A DNA stretch of 64,000 bases, taken from the NCBI GenBank assembly GCA_020629175.1, contig JAHDDU010000010.1, positions 5,788-69,787 on the forward strand. Direction: 5' to 3'. Positions 19,465 to 29,498 of the stretch are shown here, piece after piece. The stretch comes from Flavimaricola sp. (lineage in GTDB: Bacteria; Pseudomonadota; Alphaproteobacteria; Rhodobacterales; Rhodobacteraceae). Numbering within the stretch: the first letter of the stretch is position 1; each line of letters begins with the position of its first letter. The translations under genes were made by a program, and so were the position numbers. Under the pieces are notes generated by a model. That model was given only the letters and a program-made list of their open reading frames with translations, was not told the origin of the DNA and searched no databases.

Positions 19465-20664
19465 ATGTCACGACCCATTCTATCCAACCTCGCTGCGCGG
19501 CACCTGTTCTTGCATCACCACCTTCTCGGAGAGGCACCCTCTGGTACCGGCCGAGGCGATGACCTCGCAGGACTTCTTGATGATTTGGGATTTGTTCAGC
19601 TTGACAGCGTCAATACATTGGCGCGCGCACATGACCTGATCCTCTGGTCGCGGCAAAATCAATACAGGCCACGCGCCTTGGATCACCTGTTGGACCGCGA
19701 CCGCCGTGTGTTCGAGCATTGGACCCACGATGCCTCGGCCCTGCCAATCGCCCATTTCCCTCATTGGCGCAAAAAGTTTGCAGATGATGCTGCATGGCTG
19801 CAAAGCCGCTGGAAAGAGTGGCGGCGTGATGACTTTATGAAGCAGCTCGACGGCGTCCGTCGCCAGATCACCGATTATGGCGCCTGCGGCAGTGGCGATG
19901 TCGGCGCAGGAGAAAAGCGCGGCTCGGGTGGCTGGTGGGATTGGCATCCCTCGAAGACGGCGCTGGAGTATCTCTGGCGAACGGGTGAGTTATCGGTCGT
20001 GCGCCGGGTCAATTTCCGCAAGATTTATGACCTGACAGAGCGGGTTATTCCGCCAGAATATCTGAACGCACGGTTCCATACCGAAGAGACGGTTAACTGG
20101 GGCTGCACCATGGCGCTGGACCGGTTGGGCTTTGCCACGAGCGGTGAGCTGGCCGCCTTTTTCGACTTGGTGAAACCAGCGGAGGCCAAGGCATGGTGTG
20201 CGACGGCCCTCGCCCGCGGTGACATCATCGAAATTGACGTTGAGGGCCACGACGGCATGCTCCGCCGCAGCTTCGCGCAGCCAGACGTTCTTGAGCGCGC
20301 CGCTAAAACGGCACCTCCACCGAACCGGGTGCGCCTTCTTTCTCCGTTTGACCCGGCGCTGCGCGACCGCAAACGGGCGGAGCGGCTATTCGGGTTTCAC
20401 TACAGGATCGAAATTTTCGTGCCCGAGGCCAAGCGCCAATACGGCTACTACGTCTTTCCGGTCATGGAAGGCGCGCGTTTGATCGGGCGGGTCGATGTGA
20501 AGGCCGACCGCGCCAAGGACACCATGCGCATCACCGGCTACTGGCCCGAACCCGGCGCCCCTTTGGGGGCCGGCCGGCAGAAGAGGTTCGAAGCCGAGAT
20601 GGGGCGTGTAGCCAAGCTCGCCAAGTGCAGCCAGATCGACTACGCGCCCGGTTGGCTGCGTTAG
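19465..20664 (+). CDS. YcaQ/AlkZ-like winged-helix DNA glycosylase family protein (DUF1006)
   Basis: 399 aa. Conserved ..FEHW.H.AS..P, LLSPFD....R.R...LF.F.Y..E.Y.P..KR.YGY pattern of the YcaQ family. Confidence 0.75.
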   Translation: MSRPILSNLAARHLFLHHHLLGEAPSGTGRGDDLAGLLDDLGFVQLDSVNTLARAHDLILWSRQNQYRPRALDHLLDRDRRVFEHWTHDASALPIAHFPHWRKKFADDAAWLQSRWKEWRRDDFMKQLDGVRRQITDYGACGSGDVGAGEKRGSGGWWDWHPSKTALEYLWRTGELSVVRRVNFRKIYDLTERVIPPEYLNARFHTEETVNWGCTMALDRLGFATSGELAAFFDLVKPAEAKAWCATALARGDIIEIDVEGHDGMLRRSFAQPDVLERAAKTAPPPNRVRLLSPFDPALRDRKRAERLFGFHYRIEIFVPEAKRQYGYYVFPVMEGARLIGRVDVKADRAKDTMRITGYWPEPGAPLGAGRQKRFEAEMGRVAKLAKCSQIDYAPGWLR

Positions 20665-21533
20665 TTCAACAGTCCCGCGTGCACCATCGCTGTGCGGATT
20701 TTTTCCTGCGTCGGAGGCGTCACACCGACCAGCGGCAAGCGCACCTCATTCTCGCAAAGGCCCAGAAGTGACATGCCGTATTTTGCACCGGCAAGGCCGG
20801 GCTCTGTGAACACTGCCTCATGCAGCGGCATCAGGCGGTCGAGCTGCGTGAGCGCTGCGGCAAAGTCACCCGCAAGAGTCGCTTCCTGAAACTGAGCGCA
20901 AAGCGCAGGCGCGATATTGGCCGTTACCGAAATGCAGCCTTGTCCACCATGTGCGTTAAAACCCAGAGCCGTCGCATCTTCACCCGACAGCTGGATGAAA
21001 TCGGCACCACACCGCATCCGTTGCGCGGGCACGCGGGACAAATCAGCCGTCGCATCCTTCACACCAATGATATTGGGGTTCTTGGCCAAAGTGCCCATGG
21101 TATCCGGCGTCATATCCACGACGGAACGGCCAGGGATGTTGTAGATGATGATGGGAAGACCACAGGCCGCCGCCGCTTCAAAATGCGCGATCAGGCCCTC
21201 TTGGGTGGGCTTGTTGTAGTAGGGTGTCACCACCAAGGCGGCATCGGCGCCGGCGGCCTTGGCGGCCTCGACCAGACGCACAGTCTCAATAGTGTTGTTG
21301 GACCCGGCACCCGCAATAACAGGTATGCGCCCCGCGGCTTGTTGCACCACGGTTTCGACAACCAGATCATGTTCTTCATGCGTCAGCGTCGGGCTTTCTC
21401 CCGTGGTGCCAACAGGAACAAGCCCGTGACTACCCTGATCAATGTGCCAATCCACGAGCTTCTTGAGCGTTTCCAGATCCACCTGGCCGTTCGCAAACGG
21501 CGTGACGAGGGCGGGAAGAGATCCCTTGATCAT
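20661..21533 (-). CDS. dapA: 4-hydroxy-tetrahydrodipicolinate synthase
   Basis: From [13 protein letters not shown]......D...L..L.......G..G....GTTGES.TL, colinear with E. coli DapA. SD AAGGA lies 8 nt before ATG 21533. Confidence 0.93.
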   Translation of the reverse strand: MIKGSLPALVTPFANGQVDLETLKKLVDWHIDQGSHGLVPVGTTGESPTLTHEEHDLVVETVVQQAAGRIPVIAGAGSNNTIETVRLVEAAKAAGADAALVVTPYYNKPTQEGLIAHFEAAAACGLPIIIYNIPGRSVVDMTPDTMGTLAKNPNIIGVKDATADLSRVPAQRMRCGADFIQLSGEDATALGFNAHGGQGCISVTANIAPALCAQFQEATLAGDFAAALTQLDRLMPLHEAVFTEPGLAGAKYGMSLLGLCENEVRLPLVGVTPPTQEKIRTAMVHAGLLN

Positions 21534-21676
21534 GGCACGCATCCTTTTCGTGGTGGGCCCATCGCAGGCCGTTTCTGCGCCGCTTCCTAACCACCTTTCA
21601 TCCGCTTGCCAAGTTTGTGAGTTGCGGGTTGCGTCCAAACACTTAGGTTCAAGGTTCAACGCAGGCGTGAGGCACT

Positions 21677-23638
21677 ATGCGGATATTGATATTTCTGGTG
21701 GCACTTTGGTCTGCACCTGCCTCCGCGCAACCTGCAGACTTTCGCCCAGTGGCCGAGGCGATGGAAGATGAGGCCTGGGATTTGGCCTATGCCCTCGCGC
21801 TGCCCCAAGGCGAAGTGGCGCATACTCTGGTCACGTGGACGCGGCTGCGAGAGGGGGCTGGCAGCTTCCCTGATTACATCCGATTTTTGGAAACCCACCC
21901 GCACTGGCCCGGCCTCGAACAGGTAAGACGCGAGGGTGAGAGGAGCATTCCGAACGGGTATGACCCGGCAACCGTCATCGCCTATTTTGAAGAGACCAAG
22001 CCTTTGACCGGCGAAGGTGTCGTCGCGCTCGTCCGCGCTCACCGCGCGGTTGGCCAGCCGCAAGAGGCGGAGGCGGCGATGGTGACGGCATGGCGCACGC
22101 TTGGGCTGGATGAGGACGGCTTTGCCGTGATGACAGAGGCGTTCGGCGACGCCCTCGCCCCGCATCACGCAGCCCGCGCGGATGCGATGCTTTGGCGCTG
22201 GCGGACGGAAGACGCGGAACGCCTGCTTGATCTGCTGCCAGAAGATCAGCAAACGCTTGTCGCAGCCCGGATCGCCTTGATCCGAGACGCAGACGATGCC
22301 GCTGAACGCTTTGGCGACGTACCCGCCGCGCTGCGCGAAGAGACAGGCCTGTTTTATGACCGGTTCAACCGCTTTGCCACGCGCGGCGACTACACCAACG
22401 CCACGGCCATTCTACAAAATCGCAGTGGTTCCGCAGCCGGGCTGGGCCAACCATTTCGCTGGGCCTCGTGGCGGGCCTCACTCGCCCGTTGGCATTTGCG
22501 GCAAGGGCGGCCCGAGGTGGCTTACGACCTCGCCTCCAACCATCATTTGCAAACCACTGGCCGGGATTTGCGCTTCTACACCGATCTTGAATGGCTAGCA
22601 GGCTACATCAGCTTGCGTGGGCTGAACGCCCCGGATCAGGCCTTGCGGCATTTTTCGGCCCTCGATGCTGTCGTTAGCGGCCCCATCTCCAGCTCGCGAG
22701 CGGCTTATTGGCTGGGACGCGCAGAGGAAGAGCGCGGCAATGAAGAGGCCGCAACAGCCGCCTATCTCCGCGCCGCACAGCACCAAACCGCGTTTTACGG
22801 GCTCGTCGCGTCAGACAGGCTGGGCCTGTCTCTGGACCCAGCCATCGCGGGCCGTGAAGACTTCGCCGATTGGCGGGGTGCCGCGTTCATCACCGGCGAT
22901 CTGATGCAAGCCGCTTTCACCCTGCTCGACGCGGGCGAGCGGGGCACAGCGGTGCTCTTTATCTCAAAGCTTGCGCAAACGCTGGATCGTGAAGGTCTGG
23001 GCCAATTGGGGGATGTGTTGACCGCGCGCAACGAACCTTTCTTGACCGTCCTTGTGGGGAAAACGGCCGTCGCCCGCGATATCATGATCCCTGCGCACTA
23101 CTTCCCGCTCCATCCATTGGCCGAAATGGACCTGCCGGTGTCAGACGCCCTCGCCCTCTCCATCGCCCGGCGGGAGAGCGAGTTCAACTTCACCGTAGGC
23201 TCACCTGTCGGTGCACTGGGACTGATGCAGCTAATGCCCGGCACGGCAGAGGAAGTCGCGAGCGAGTTGGGGCTGCCGTACTCGCGGGGTAGGCTCACAT
23301 CGGATTGGCCGTACAATGCCCGGCTCGGGGCGCAATACCTCGCCAACCTGACCGAAATGTTTGGCGACTCGCCCGTGTTGATCGCCGCCGGTTACAACGC
23401 TGGCCCCTCACGTCCGCGCACGTGGATGGCGGAACGTGGGGATCCCCGGCAAGACGAGGTCGACGTGATCGACTGGATCGAGTTGATCCCCTTCACAGAG
23501 ACCCGCAACTACGTGATGCGGGTGTCGGAATCGATCCCTGTGTACAATGCAAGGCTGACAGGCCAGACCCGGCCTGTGCGCTTCATGGAGCTGTTGCGCG
23601 GTGCGCCGCCTGTCCTGCGGCCAGAGGCGCGGCCCTAG
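21677..23638 (+). CDS. Soluble lytic murein transglycosylase (Slt70-like)
   Basis: 653 aa. Signal peptide, superhelical N-terminal region, catalytic ESEFN...GLMQLMP and AGYNAGP motifs. Confidence 0.88.
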   Translation: MRILIFLVALWSAPASAQPADFRPVAEAMEDEAWDLAYALALPQGEVAHTLVTWTRLREGAGSFPDYIRFLETHPHWPGLEQVRREGERSIPNGYDPATVIAYFEETKPLTGEGVVALVRAHRAVGQPQEAEAAMVTAWRTLGLDEDGFAVMTEAFGDALAPHHAARADAMLWRWRTEDAERLLDLLPEDQQTLVAARIALIRDADDAAERFGDVPAALREETGLFYDRFNRFATRGDYTNATAILQNRSGSAAGLGQPFRWASWRASLARWHLRQGRPEVAYDLASNHHLQTTGRDLRFYTDLEWLAGYISLRGLNAPDQALRHFSALDAVVSGPISSSRAAYWLGRAEEERGNEEAATAAYLRAAQHQTAFYGLVASDRLGLSLDPAIAGREDFADWRGAAFITGDLMQAAFTLLDAGERGTAVLFISKLAQTLDREGLGQLGDVLTARNEPFLTVLVGKTAVARDIMIPAHYFPLHPLAEMDLPVSDALALSIARRESEFNFTVGSPVGALGLMQLMPGTAEEVASELGLPYSRGRLTSDWPYNARLGAQYLANLTEMFGDSPVLIAAGYNAGPSRPRTWMAERGDPRQDEVDVIDWIELIPFTETRNYVMRVSESIPVYNARLTGQTRPVRFMELLRGAPPVLRPEARP

Positions 23639-24498
23639 CGCGACAGGCTCTCACGCCAGAGTGTGAACAGTCCTGCTCCCACAACGATCACGGCGCCCAC
23701 GACAATGTTCCATTCCAGCGCCTCGCCAAACACGCTGACACCGATGACCGCCGCAAAAACGAGGTGAAGATAGGCAAAGGGTTGGACGGTGCTAGCCTCG
23801 GCCACCTCATAGACCTTGATCAGCAGATAGTGCCCCAATGCGCCCATCACGCAGAGCAAACCCATCATCGCCCAATCCTCGCGCAAGAGCGGCTCCCAGA
23901 CCCAAACGCCTACGGCAGTGATGGCCACCGCCCCCGTCGTCCCGGTCCAGAAAAAGCTCGTCGCAGCACTGTCTTTGCGCGCCGCGTAACGGGTGGCCAG
24001 GCCATAAACCGCGAACATAAATGCCGCCAGCAAAGCAAGGGCCGCGGAGGGCGAGAAGACGGCTGCGCCGGGTTGCAGGATGATCAGGATGCCGACAAAT
24101 CCTGCTGCAACCGCCAGCCAACGCCGCCAGCCCATCCGCTCCCCCAATACTGGCCCGGCGAGGCTTGCGATAATCAACGGATAGGCCGCGAAAATCGCGT
24201 GGGTTTCGATCAAGCCTATGGCCACATAGGCCACGACTGACACACAAATCTCTGCCGCCAAAAGGACACCCCGAAACGCCTGCAACCATGGCTGCCGCGT
24301 TGCTGCAGCGGCACGGATGGAGCCTGCCCGCCTTCGGGCAATCGCGATGACAAAAAGGGCAAAGAACCAATAGCGTATCATCACCACCATCAGCACATTG
24401 TATCGCTCGGCCAGATAACGAGACAGACCGTCCTGGCTGGCAAACACGACCATGGCGGCCACCATCAACGCAATGCCAAGACGGGCATCGTTGCGCAT
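23635..24498 (-). CDS. DMT superfamily (EamA-like) transporter
   Basis: 287 aa. 10 predicted TM helices in two EamA-like halves. Confidence 0.8.
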   Translation of the reverse strand: MRNDARLGIALMVAAMVVFASQDGLSRYLAERYNVLMVVMIRYWFFALFVIAIARRRAGSIRAAAATRQPWLQAFRGVLLAAEICVSVVAYVAIGLIETHAIFAAYPLIIASLAGPVLGERMGWRRWLAVAAGFVGILIILQPGAAVFSPSAALALLAAFMFAVYGLATRYAARKDSAATSFFWTGTTGAVAITAVGVWVWEPLLREDWAMMGLLCVMGALGHYLLIKVYEVAEASTVQPFAYLHLVFAAVIGVSVFGEALEWNIVVGAVIVVGAGLFTLWRESLSR

Positions 24499-25154
24499 CA
24501 GACTTTCCGCCCTCGGCTCATATGGCGTTTGCGGCCAAAACCCTGGATGCGCTCGACCTCAAATCCGGCTGTTTGCAAAGCGCGCCGCACATTACCTGCT
24601 GCGGTGTAGGTAGCGAAAGTGCCGCCGTGCTTGGTGTGATCACCCACGGCTTGCATCAACGGCGGCTCCCATAGCTCGGGGTTTTTGGCAGGCGAAAACC
24701 CATCGAGAAACCACGCATCTGCCGCGCCGTCCCACCCAGTCAATGTTTCACGCGCGTCGCCTTCAATCACCGTCAAGAGCGGATCGGTCCGCGAAAGTCC
24801 GTCGGCCCACCGCTCTGCGTAAGGCGAGAGGCTCGGGAACGCGCGCAGGGCTTGGGCGCGATCCCCCGGCACCATTGGAAACGCTTCGAAACTGGTGAAA
24901 TGTAGCCGGCCGATCGCGCCTTTCGCTTCCCATGCCTGCCAGGCGACCAGAAAATTCAGACCGGTCCCAAATCCGAGTTCAGCGATATGAAACCCGTCCT
25001 CAAACCGGCCCGGCAGGTCGTTGCCCATAAGAAAAACGTGCTCGGTTTCGGCAACGCCATCCTCGAGCGAGAAGTAAGGATCATCAAACTGCGTTGAGAC
25101 GGGCACACGACCATCGCGCCACTCGATCTTTGCCTGCTGGTCCTGCATGCCCAT
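24498..25154 (-). CDS. mnmD: tRNA (mnm5s2U34) methyltransferase, stand-alone MnmC N-terminal-domain homologue (MnmD)
   Basis: From MGMQDQQAKIEWRDG.VPVS.QFDD.YFS...G..E..HVFL.GN.L..RF......IAE.GFGTGLNFL, colinear with E. coli MnmC residues 1-80. The tracked start at 25292 adds 46 residues. Confidence 0.85.
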   Translation of the reverse strand: MGMQDQQAKIEWRDGRVPVSTQFDDPYFSLEDGVAETEHVFLMGNDLPGRFEDGFHIAELGFGTGLNFLVAWQAWEAKGAIGRLHFTSFEAFPMVPGDRAQALRAFPSLSPYAERWADGLSRTDPLLTVIEGDARETLTGWDGAADAWFLDGFSPAKNPELWEPPLMQAVGDHTKHGGTFATYTAAGNVRRALQTAGFEVERIQGFGRKRHMSRGRKV

Positions 25155-25197
25155 CCGCCCTAAACTCCACAACGGACCATGCGCAAGGAACCCCTCA

Positions 25198-26205
25198 ATG
25201 ACAAGATACGACGTGACCGTGCGCGGGGCCGGGATCTTTGGGCTCTCGGTCGCGTGGTCCTGCATCAAGCGCGGCGCAAGGGTGCAAGTCATTGATCCTA
25301 ACGGTCCAGGCGCAGGGGCCTCGGGCGGGATCGTCGGCGCGCTCAGCCCGCATGTTCCGGAGAACTGGAATGAGAAAAAGGCGTTTCAACTCAAAAGCCT
25401 GCTAATGGCCCAAGCCTACTGGCAAGAGGTCAAAGACGCTTCTGATCAAGACGCCGGTTACGCGCGGCATGGACGCCTGCAACCCATTGCGGATGACGCT
25501 GCGCTGGCACTCGCCCATCGCCGGGCGGAGACGGCGCGAGAGCTTTGGAGCGATCACGCCACATGGGAGGTTGTCGCGGCATCTGGTGCGCCTTGGGCCC
25601 CCGCGTCCCCCTCTGGCTGGTTGATCCATGACACGCTCTCGGCGCGCATCCACCCACGCCGGGCTGTTGCAGCACTGGTCGCCGCGGTCGAGGCCAAGGG
25701 GGGACACGTTGCTGCCGAAGGAAAGGATGAGGGTCAGGTCCTTTGGGCCACCGGCACCGAAGGGCTTGCGGACCTCTCCCCACCCGGCTCTGGGATCAAG
25801 GGACAGGCCGCCCTTCTCGACTTTGATGCGCGCAACCAGCCGCAACTCTTTGCCGAGGCACTACACATCATTCCCCACGCGGATGGCACCACCGCGATCG
25901 GCTCCACGTCGGAAAGGGACTGGTCCCACGATGGCACCGATACTCAGCTTGACGATGTGATCGCCCGCGCCCGCGCAGCGCTACCCGTCCTTGCTGATGT
26001 ACCCGTGATCGAACGCTGGGCCGGTATCCGCCCCCGCTCGCGTAGTCGTGCCCCTGTGCTGGGGGCACATCCCGCACGGCCAGGCGCATTCATTGCGAAC
26101 GGTGGCTTCAAGATCGGATTTGGGATGGCCCCGCTCGTGGGCGAGGTCATGGCCGATCTGATGCTTACCGGGATGGACAGCATACCAGACGACTTCCGCG
26201 CTTAG
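25198..26205 (+). CDS. FAD-dependent oxidoreductase, homologue of the MnmC C-terminal (DAO) domain
   Basis: From MTRYDVTVRGAGIFGLS.....KRG..V......GPGAGASG...GAL, which resembles the start of the E. coli MnmC oxidase domain. Diverges from mnmD with a 43-bp gap. Confidence 0.75.
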   Translation: MTRYDVTVRGAGIFGLSVAWSCIKRGARVQVIDPNGPGAGASGGIVGALSPHVPENWNEKKAFQLKSLLMAQAYWQEVKDASDQDAGYARHGRLQPIADDAALALAHRRAETARELWSDHATWEVVAASGAPWAPASPSGWLIHDTLSARIHPRRAVAALVAAVEAKGGHVAAEGKDEGQVLWATGTEGLADLSPPGSGIKGQAALLDFDARNQPQLFAEALHIIPHADGTTAIGSTSERDWSHDGTDTQLDDVIARARAALPVLADVPVIERWAGIRPRSRSRAPVLGAHPARPGAFIANGGFKIGFGMAPLVGEVMADLMLTGMDSIPDDFRA

Positions 26206-26732
26206 GTCTGCGCCTTAAGGTCCTCCATCAACTGACCAAGGAACTTGACATATCCCTCGCCTGTCAGCCGCCCCTGCTCGTCGAACTCGTTCTGAGCACC
26301 ACCGACAAGCACTTCCGGCCCCGGCAGAACATGCGCCCGGAACGGCATCATGCACAGCCGCAGCGCAAATTGCGCCCGTTCCCCACCGGCACGGCCTGCC
26401 GTCGCGGACATCAGCGCCACGGGCTTGCCCGCCCAAGGCGCACCTTCCGTGCGACTGACCCAATCCAGTGCGTTCTTCAAAACGCCGGAAATGGATTTGT
26501 TATACTCAGGCGTTGAAATCACAACGGCATCCGCCGCCTTGATCTGATCCGACAAAAGCTGAACCGAAGCCGGGATGCCGGACGCTTCCTCCACATCACC
26601 GTTATAGAGCGGCAGGTTGAGATCGGCCAAAGTGAACGCCTCAGCGTCAAATAGGCGTGCCGCCTCTTTCACCAATTGTGTGTTCAATGAGCCCGCGCGG
26701 AGCGATCCGGAAATCCCCAGAAGCTTTGCCAT
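26202..26732 (-). CDS. NADPH-dependent FMN reductase family protein
   Basis: From MAKLLGISGSLRAGSLN.....A, PEYN.S..G.LKNALDW.S motifs. SD AAAGGA lies 7 nt upstream of ATG 26732. Confidence 0.85.
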   Translation of the reverse strand: MAKLLGISGSLRAGSLNTQLVKEAARLFDAEAFTLADLNLPLYNGDVEEASGIPASVQLLSDQIKAADAVVISTPEYNKSISGVLKNALDWVSRTEGAPWAGKPVALMSATAGRAGGERAQFALRLCMMPFRAHVLPGPEVLVGGAQNEFDEQGRLTGEGYVKFLGQLMEDLKAQT

Positions 26733-26858
26733 GTGTTGTCCTTTCAATATCTGTGCTTGGCTGCAAACCTATGGCTATGATCGTCAGCGACAACCGGCAT
26801 CTTGTCCTCATCTGCGCACTGCCCCATGGTGATAGGTGAACAGAACTGAGGGCGGGAC

Positions 26859-28517
26859 ATGCAGCGGCACGGCGGGAAAATCCTGATTGATCAACTGGCC
26901 TTGCGCGGTGTGACGCGGGTGTTTTCCGTCCCGGGCGAGAGTTTTCTCGCGGCGCTCGACGGATTGCACGACAGCGACATTCAAAACGTAATCTGCCGCC
27001 ACGAAGGCGGTGCCGCAATGATGGCCGAAGCCCACGGCAAACTGACCGGTCAGCCGGGCATTGCCTTTGTCACCCGCGGCCCGGGGGCGACCAACGCAGC
27101 CGCAGGCATCCACATCGCGCGACAGGACAGCACCCCGATGATCCTCTTTGTCGGCCAGATTGATACTGGACATCGCGACCGAGAGGCTTTTCAGGAGGTC
27201 AACTACCGCCAGACCTTTGGCGACATTGCCAAATGGGTGGCAGAGATAGATCAAACGGACCGCCTGCCTGAATACGTCAACCGCGCTTTTGCCACCGCCA
27301 TGTCAGGCCGCCCCGGCCCTGTCGTGCTAGCGTTGCCCGAGAACATGTTGTCCGCCGTGACAGAGATCCCCGACATCGCCCCACCCCGCCGGTTTCAGCC
27401 ATCGGTCAAGAGCATGGCCAAGGATGTGCTCAAATGGTTGGGCAAAGCCAAACGTCCGATGGTCATTGTGGGTGGACCACTCTGGTCGAAATACGCAGCA
27501 GACGATTTGGCGCAATTCGCAAAGACGCAGAACATCCCCATCGCCGCAGGTTTCCGGAGGCAAGATTACATCGACAATCGGCACCCGTGTTATGCGGGCG
27601 ATCTGAACGTTGGCGTGAACCCCGCCCTTGGCCAGCGCCTTCAGCAAGTGGACCGGCTCCTCGTGATTGGCTCGCGGCTTGGAGATATTGAAACGCAGGG
27701 CTACACGCTGCTTGATCCTGCCTCCCCCGGGCCTGAGATCATGCATATCCATGCGGAGGCTGAGTCGCCCGCGCAGGTCTACCCTCCAAAGTTTGCCGCC
27801 TGTGCCAGCGGTCCCGCGATAGTTCAGGCCCTCGCACAGCTCCCATCCTGCGGCATCGAATGCGGCGAATGGACCGCCGCGGCGCGGGCCGACTACGAGG
27901 GTTGGATCACGCCCAAAGCCAGTCCCGGTGATGCCAAGCTCGAGCAGATCATTCACTGGCTGTCTGAGACTCTGCCAGAGAATGCAATTTTGACGAACGG
28001 GGCAGGAAACTACGCCGCCTGGCTGCACCGTTACTTCGTTTATAAAGGTCACGGCACGCAACTGGCGCCGACCTCTGGCTCTATGGGCTACGGCTTCCCG
28101 GCGGCCATCTCAGCCTCGCTGCAGCACCCTGACCGGACTGTCGTCTGCCTCGCCGGTGATGGCTGCTTTCAGATGACACTGAATGAGATGTCGACGGCTG
28201 TGCAGCACGGCGCCAAGCCCGTCGTGGTCGTCATCAACAATGGCCGTTATGGCACCATCCGGATGCATCAGGAAAAAACCTATCCCGCCCGCGTCTCTGG
28301 CACCGACCTTGCCAACCCGGATTTTGCCGCATTGGCCCAAGCCTACGGTGCGCACGGTGAGACAGTGACGAAGACAGAAGATTTCGCCTCAGCGTTCCAA
28401 CGGGCCCAAGCCTCAGGCACATTGGCCATCATCGAAGTGATCGTCGATCACGAGGCGCTGAGCACCGGCATGACGCTCACCGCGGCGCGTGAGGCTGGCA
28501 AGAAGGCTCAGGCCTGA
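26859..28517 (+). CDS. Thiamine-diphosphate-dependent enzyme (acetolactate synthase-like family)
   Basis: 552 aa. N-terminal VF.VPGES.L...D......I....RHE.GA..MA.A..K.TG.PG...VT.GPG.TN and C-terminal GDG.F.M...E..TA TPP-binding motif. Confidence 0.85.
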   Translation: MQRHGGKILIDQLALRGVTRVFSVPGESFLAALDGLHDSDIQNVICRHEGGAAMMAEAHGKLTGQPGIAFVTRGPGATNAAAGIHIARQDSTPMILFVGQIDTGHRDREAFQEVNYRQTFGDIAKWVAEIDQTDRLPEYVNRAFATAMSGRPGPVVLALPENMLSAVTEIPDIAPPRRFQPSVKSMAKDVLKWLGKAKRPMVIVGGPLWSKYAADDLAQFAKTQNIPIAAGFRRQDYIDNRHPCYAGDLNVGVNPALGQRLQQVDRLLVIGSRLGDIETQGYTLLDPASPGPEIMHIHAEAESPAQVYPPKFAACASGPAIVQALAQLPSCGIECGEWTAAARADYEGWITPKASPGDAKLEQIIHWLSETLPENAILTNGAGNYAAWLHRYFVYKGHGTQLAPTSGSMGYGFPAAISASLQHPDRTVVCLAGDGCFQMTLNEMSTAVQHGAKPVVVVINNGRYGTIRMHQEKTYPARVSGTDLANPDFAALAQAYGAHGETVTKTEDFASAFQRAQASGTLAIIEVIVDHEALSTGMTLTAAREAGKKAQA

Positions 28518-29278
28518 TACTGCGCCAGAAGCGCGTCCATCTGGTTGGTGACGTCGCCCGTGTCTTCGATTACCGCGTCCGCATTCACCAGTTCGACCAG
28601 GCCCCGCACCTCGGAGACTACGTGGCCGCACACGATAATCTTGGCCTCCGGCTTGACGATGCGAAGCGCCAGCACAAGCCGGATCAGAGCCACGACGCCC
28701 TCGGCGCGGCCGGCGGACAGCCCAATCATCTTTTGGTCGTCGGCTGCAATAGCCTCGACGAGTGCATCGTGTGACATCCCAGTGCGCAATTCGATCGCCC
28801 AGCCGTGATTGCGCAGAAGGGCTGCGGCCATCGTCACACCCAAGGTGTGGGTCTCACCCGGAACTGCTGCAAAGAACGCACGCTTGGCGCTCTTGGGATC
28901 ATGCGCCTGTTGCGGCACCTCTTGCCGAAGTCCGCGCATGATCTCAAAAATCCTCCCCGCAGCCACTGTCAGGCCCAAAAAGGACACTTCGTCCTTTTCC
29001 CACATGACACCCAGATGCCGCGCGGCTCCGGACAAAGTGTGCAGATAGACCACGTCCAGAGGCACCCCATCGCGACGTTCCTGAGCAATGATTCGCGAGG
29101 CTGCCTCCGCATCGGGCGAGATAAGGGCCGCACAGAACGCCTCTATGCTCACATCTAGCCGCGGCTCAACTGTGACGCGCCCAATCCGGCTGGCCAGTCT
29201 GGCCACAACCTCTTCTGCAAGCTCATTAATTGCATCGTCGGGCAGAACCCGTTTGGCGGCGCGTGCTGCAGCCAGCAT
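28508..29278 (-). CDS. Stand-alone cobalamin (B12)-binding domain protein (cap helical bundle + Rossmann B12 domain, no DNA-binding or catalytic domain)
   Basis: ETHTLG then 41 aa to S-x-x then 27-28 aa to CG reproduces the DxHxxG-41-SxL-26/28-GG spacing. A preceding helical segment carries W (VMWEKDEVSF). Codons 1-62 of the tracked ORF (TTG 29464) use rare codons. ATG 29278 has SD AGAGGA. Confidence 0.75.
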   Translation of the reverse strand: MLAAARAAKRVLPDDAINELAEEVVARLASRIGRVTVEPRLDVSIEAFCAALISPDAEAASRIIAQERRDGVPLDVVYLHTLSGAARHLGVMWEKDEVSFLGLTVAAGRIFEIMRGLRQEVPQQAHDPKSAKRAFFAAVPGETHTLGVTMAAALLRNHGWAIELRTGMSHDALVEAIAADDQKMIGLSAGRAEGVVALIRLVLALRIVKPEAKIIVCGHVVSEVRGLVELVNADAVIEDTGDVTNQMDALLAQYQA

Positions 29279-29498
29279 GCGTCCTCTGCCGTCAACGGGT
29301 GGGTCGCCGTGATTACTCACTGCGGATATCCAATGCTGTTGTTCCCCTGAAACTCGCGCATGGCTAACGCGCAAGCAGAGCAATGTGTCTGACCCTAAGG
29401 TATCATACAACCGCCTGAGACCCAACCCGTCTTGTCTTCGCCAATTGTCGCAACCGACTGACAATCAGAGTTTACACCCTTGTCGCCGTGTTTCGATG

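Noticed and set aside
29279-29464. N-terminal 62 codons of the tracked B12-binding ORF (TTG start)
   Set aside because: Rich in rare codons (TCA, CGA, AGA, TTA, AGG, ATA), unlike the rest of the gene. A good SD precedes the internal ATG at 29278.
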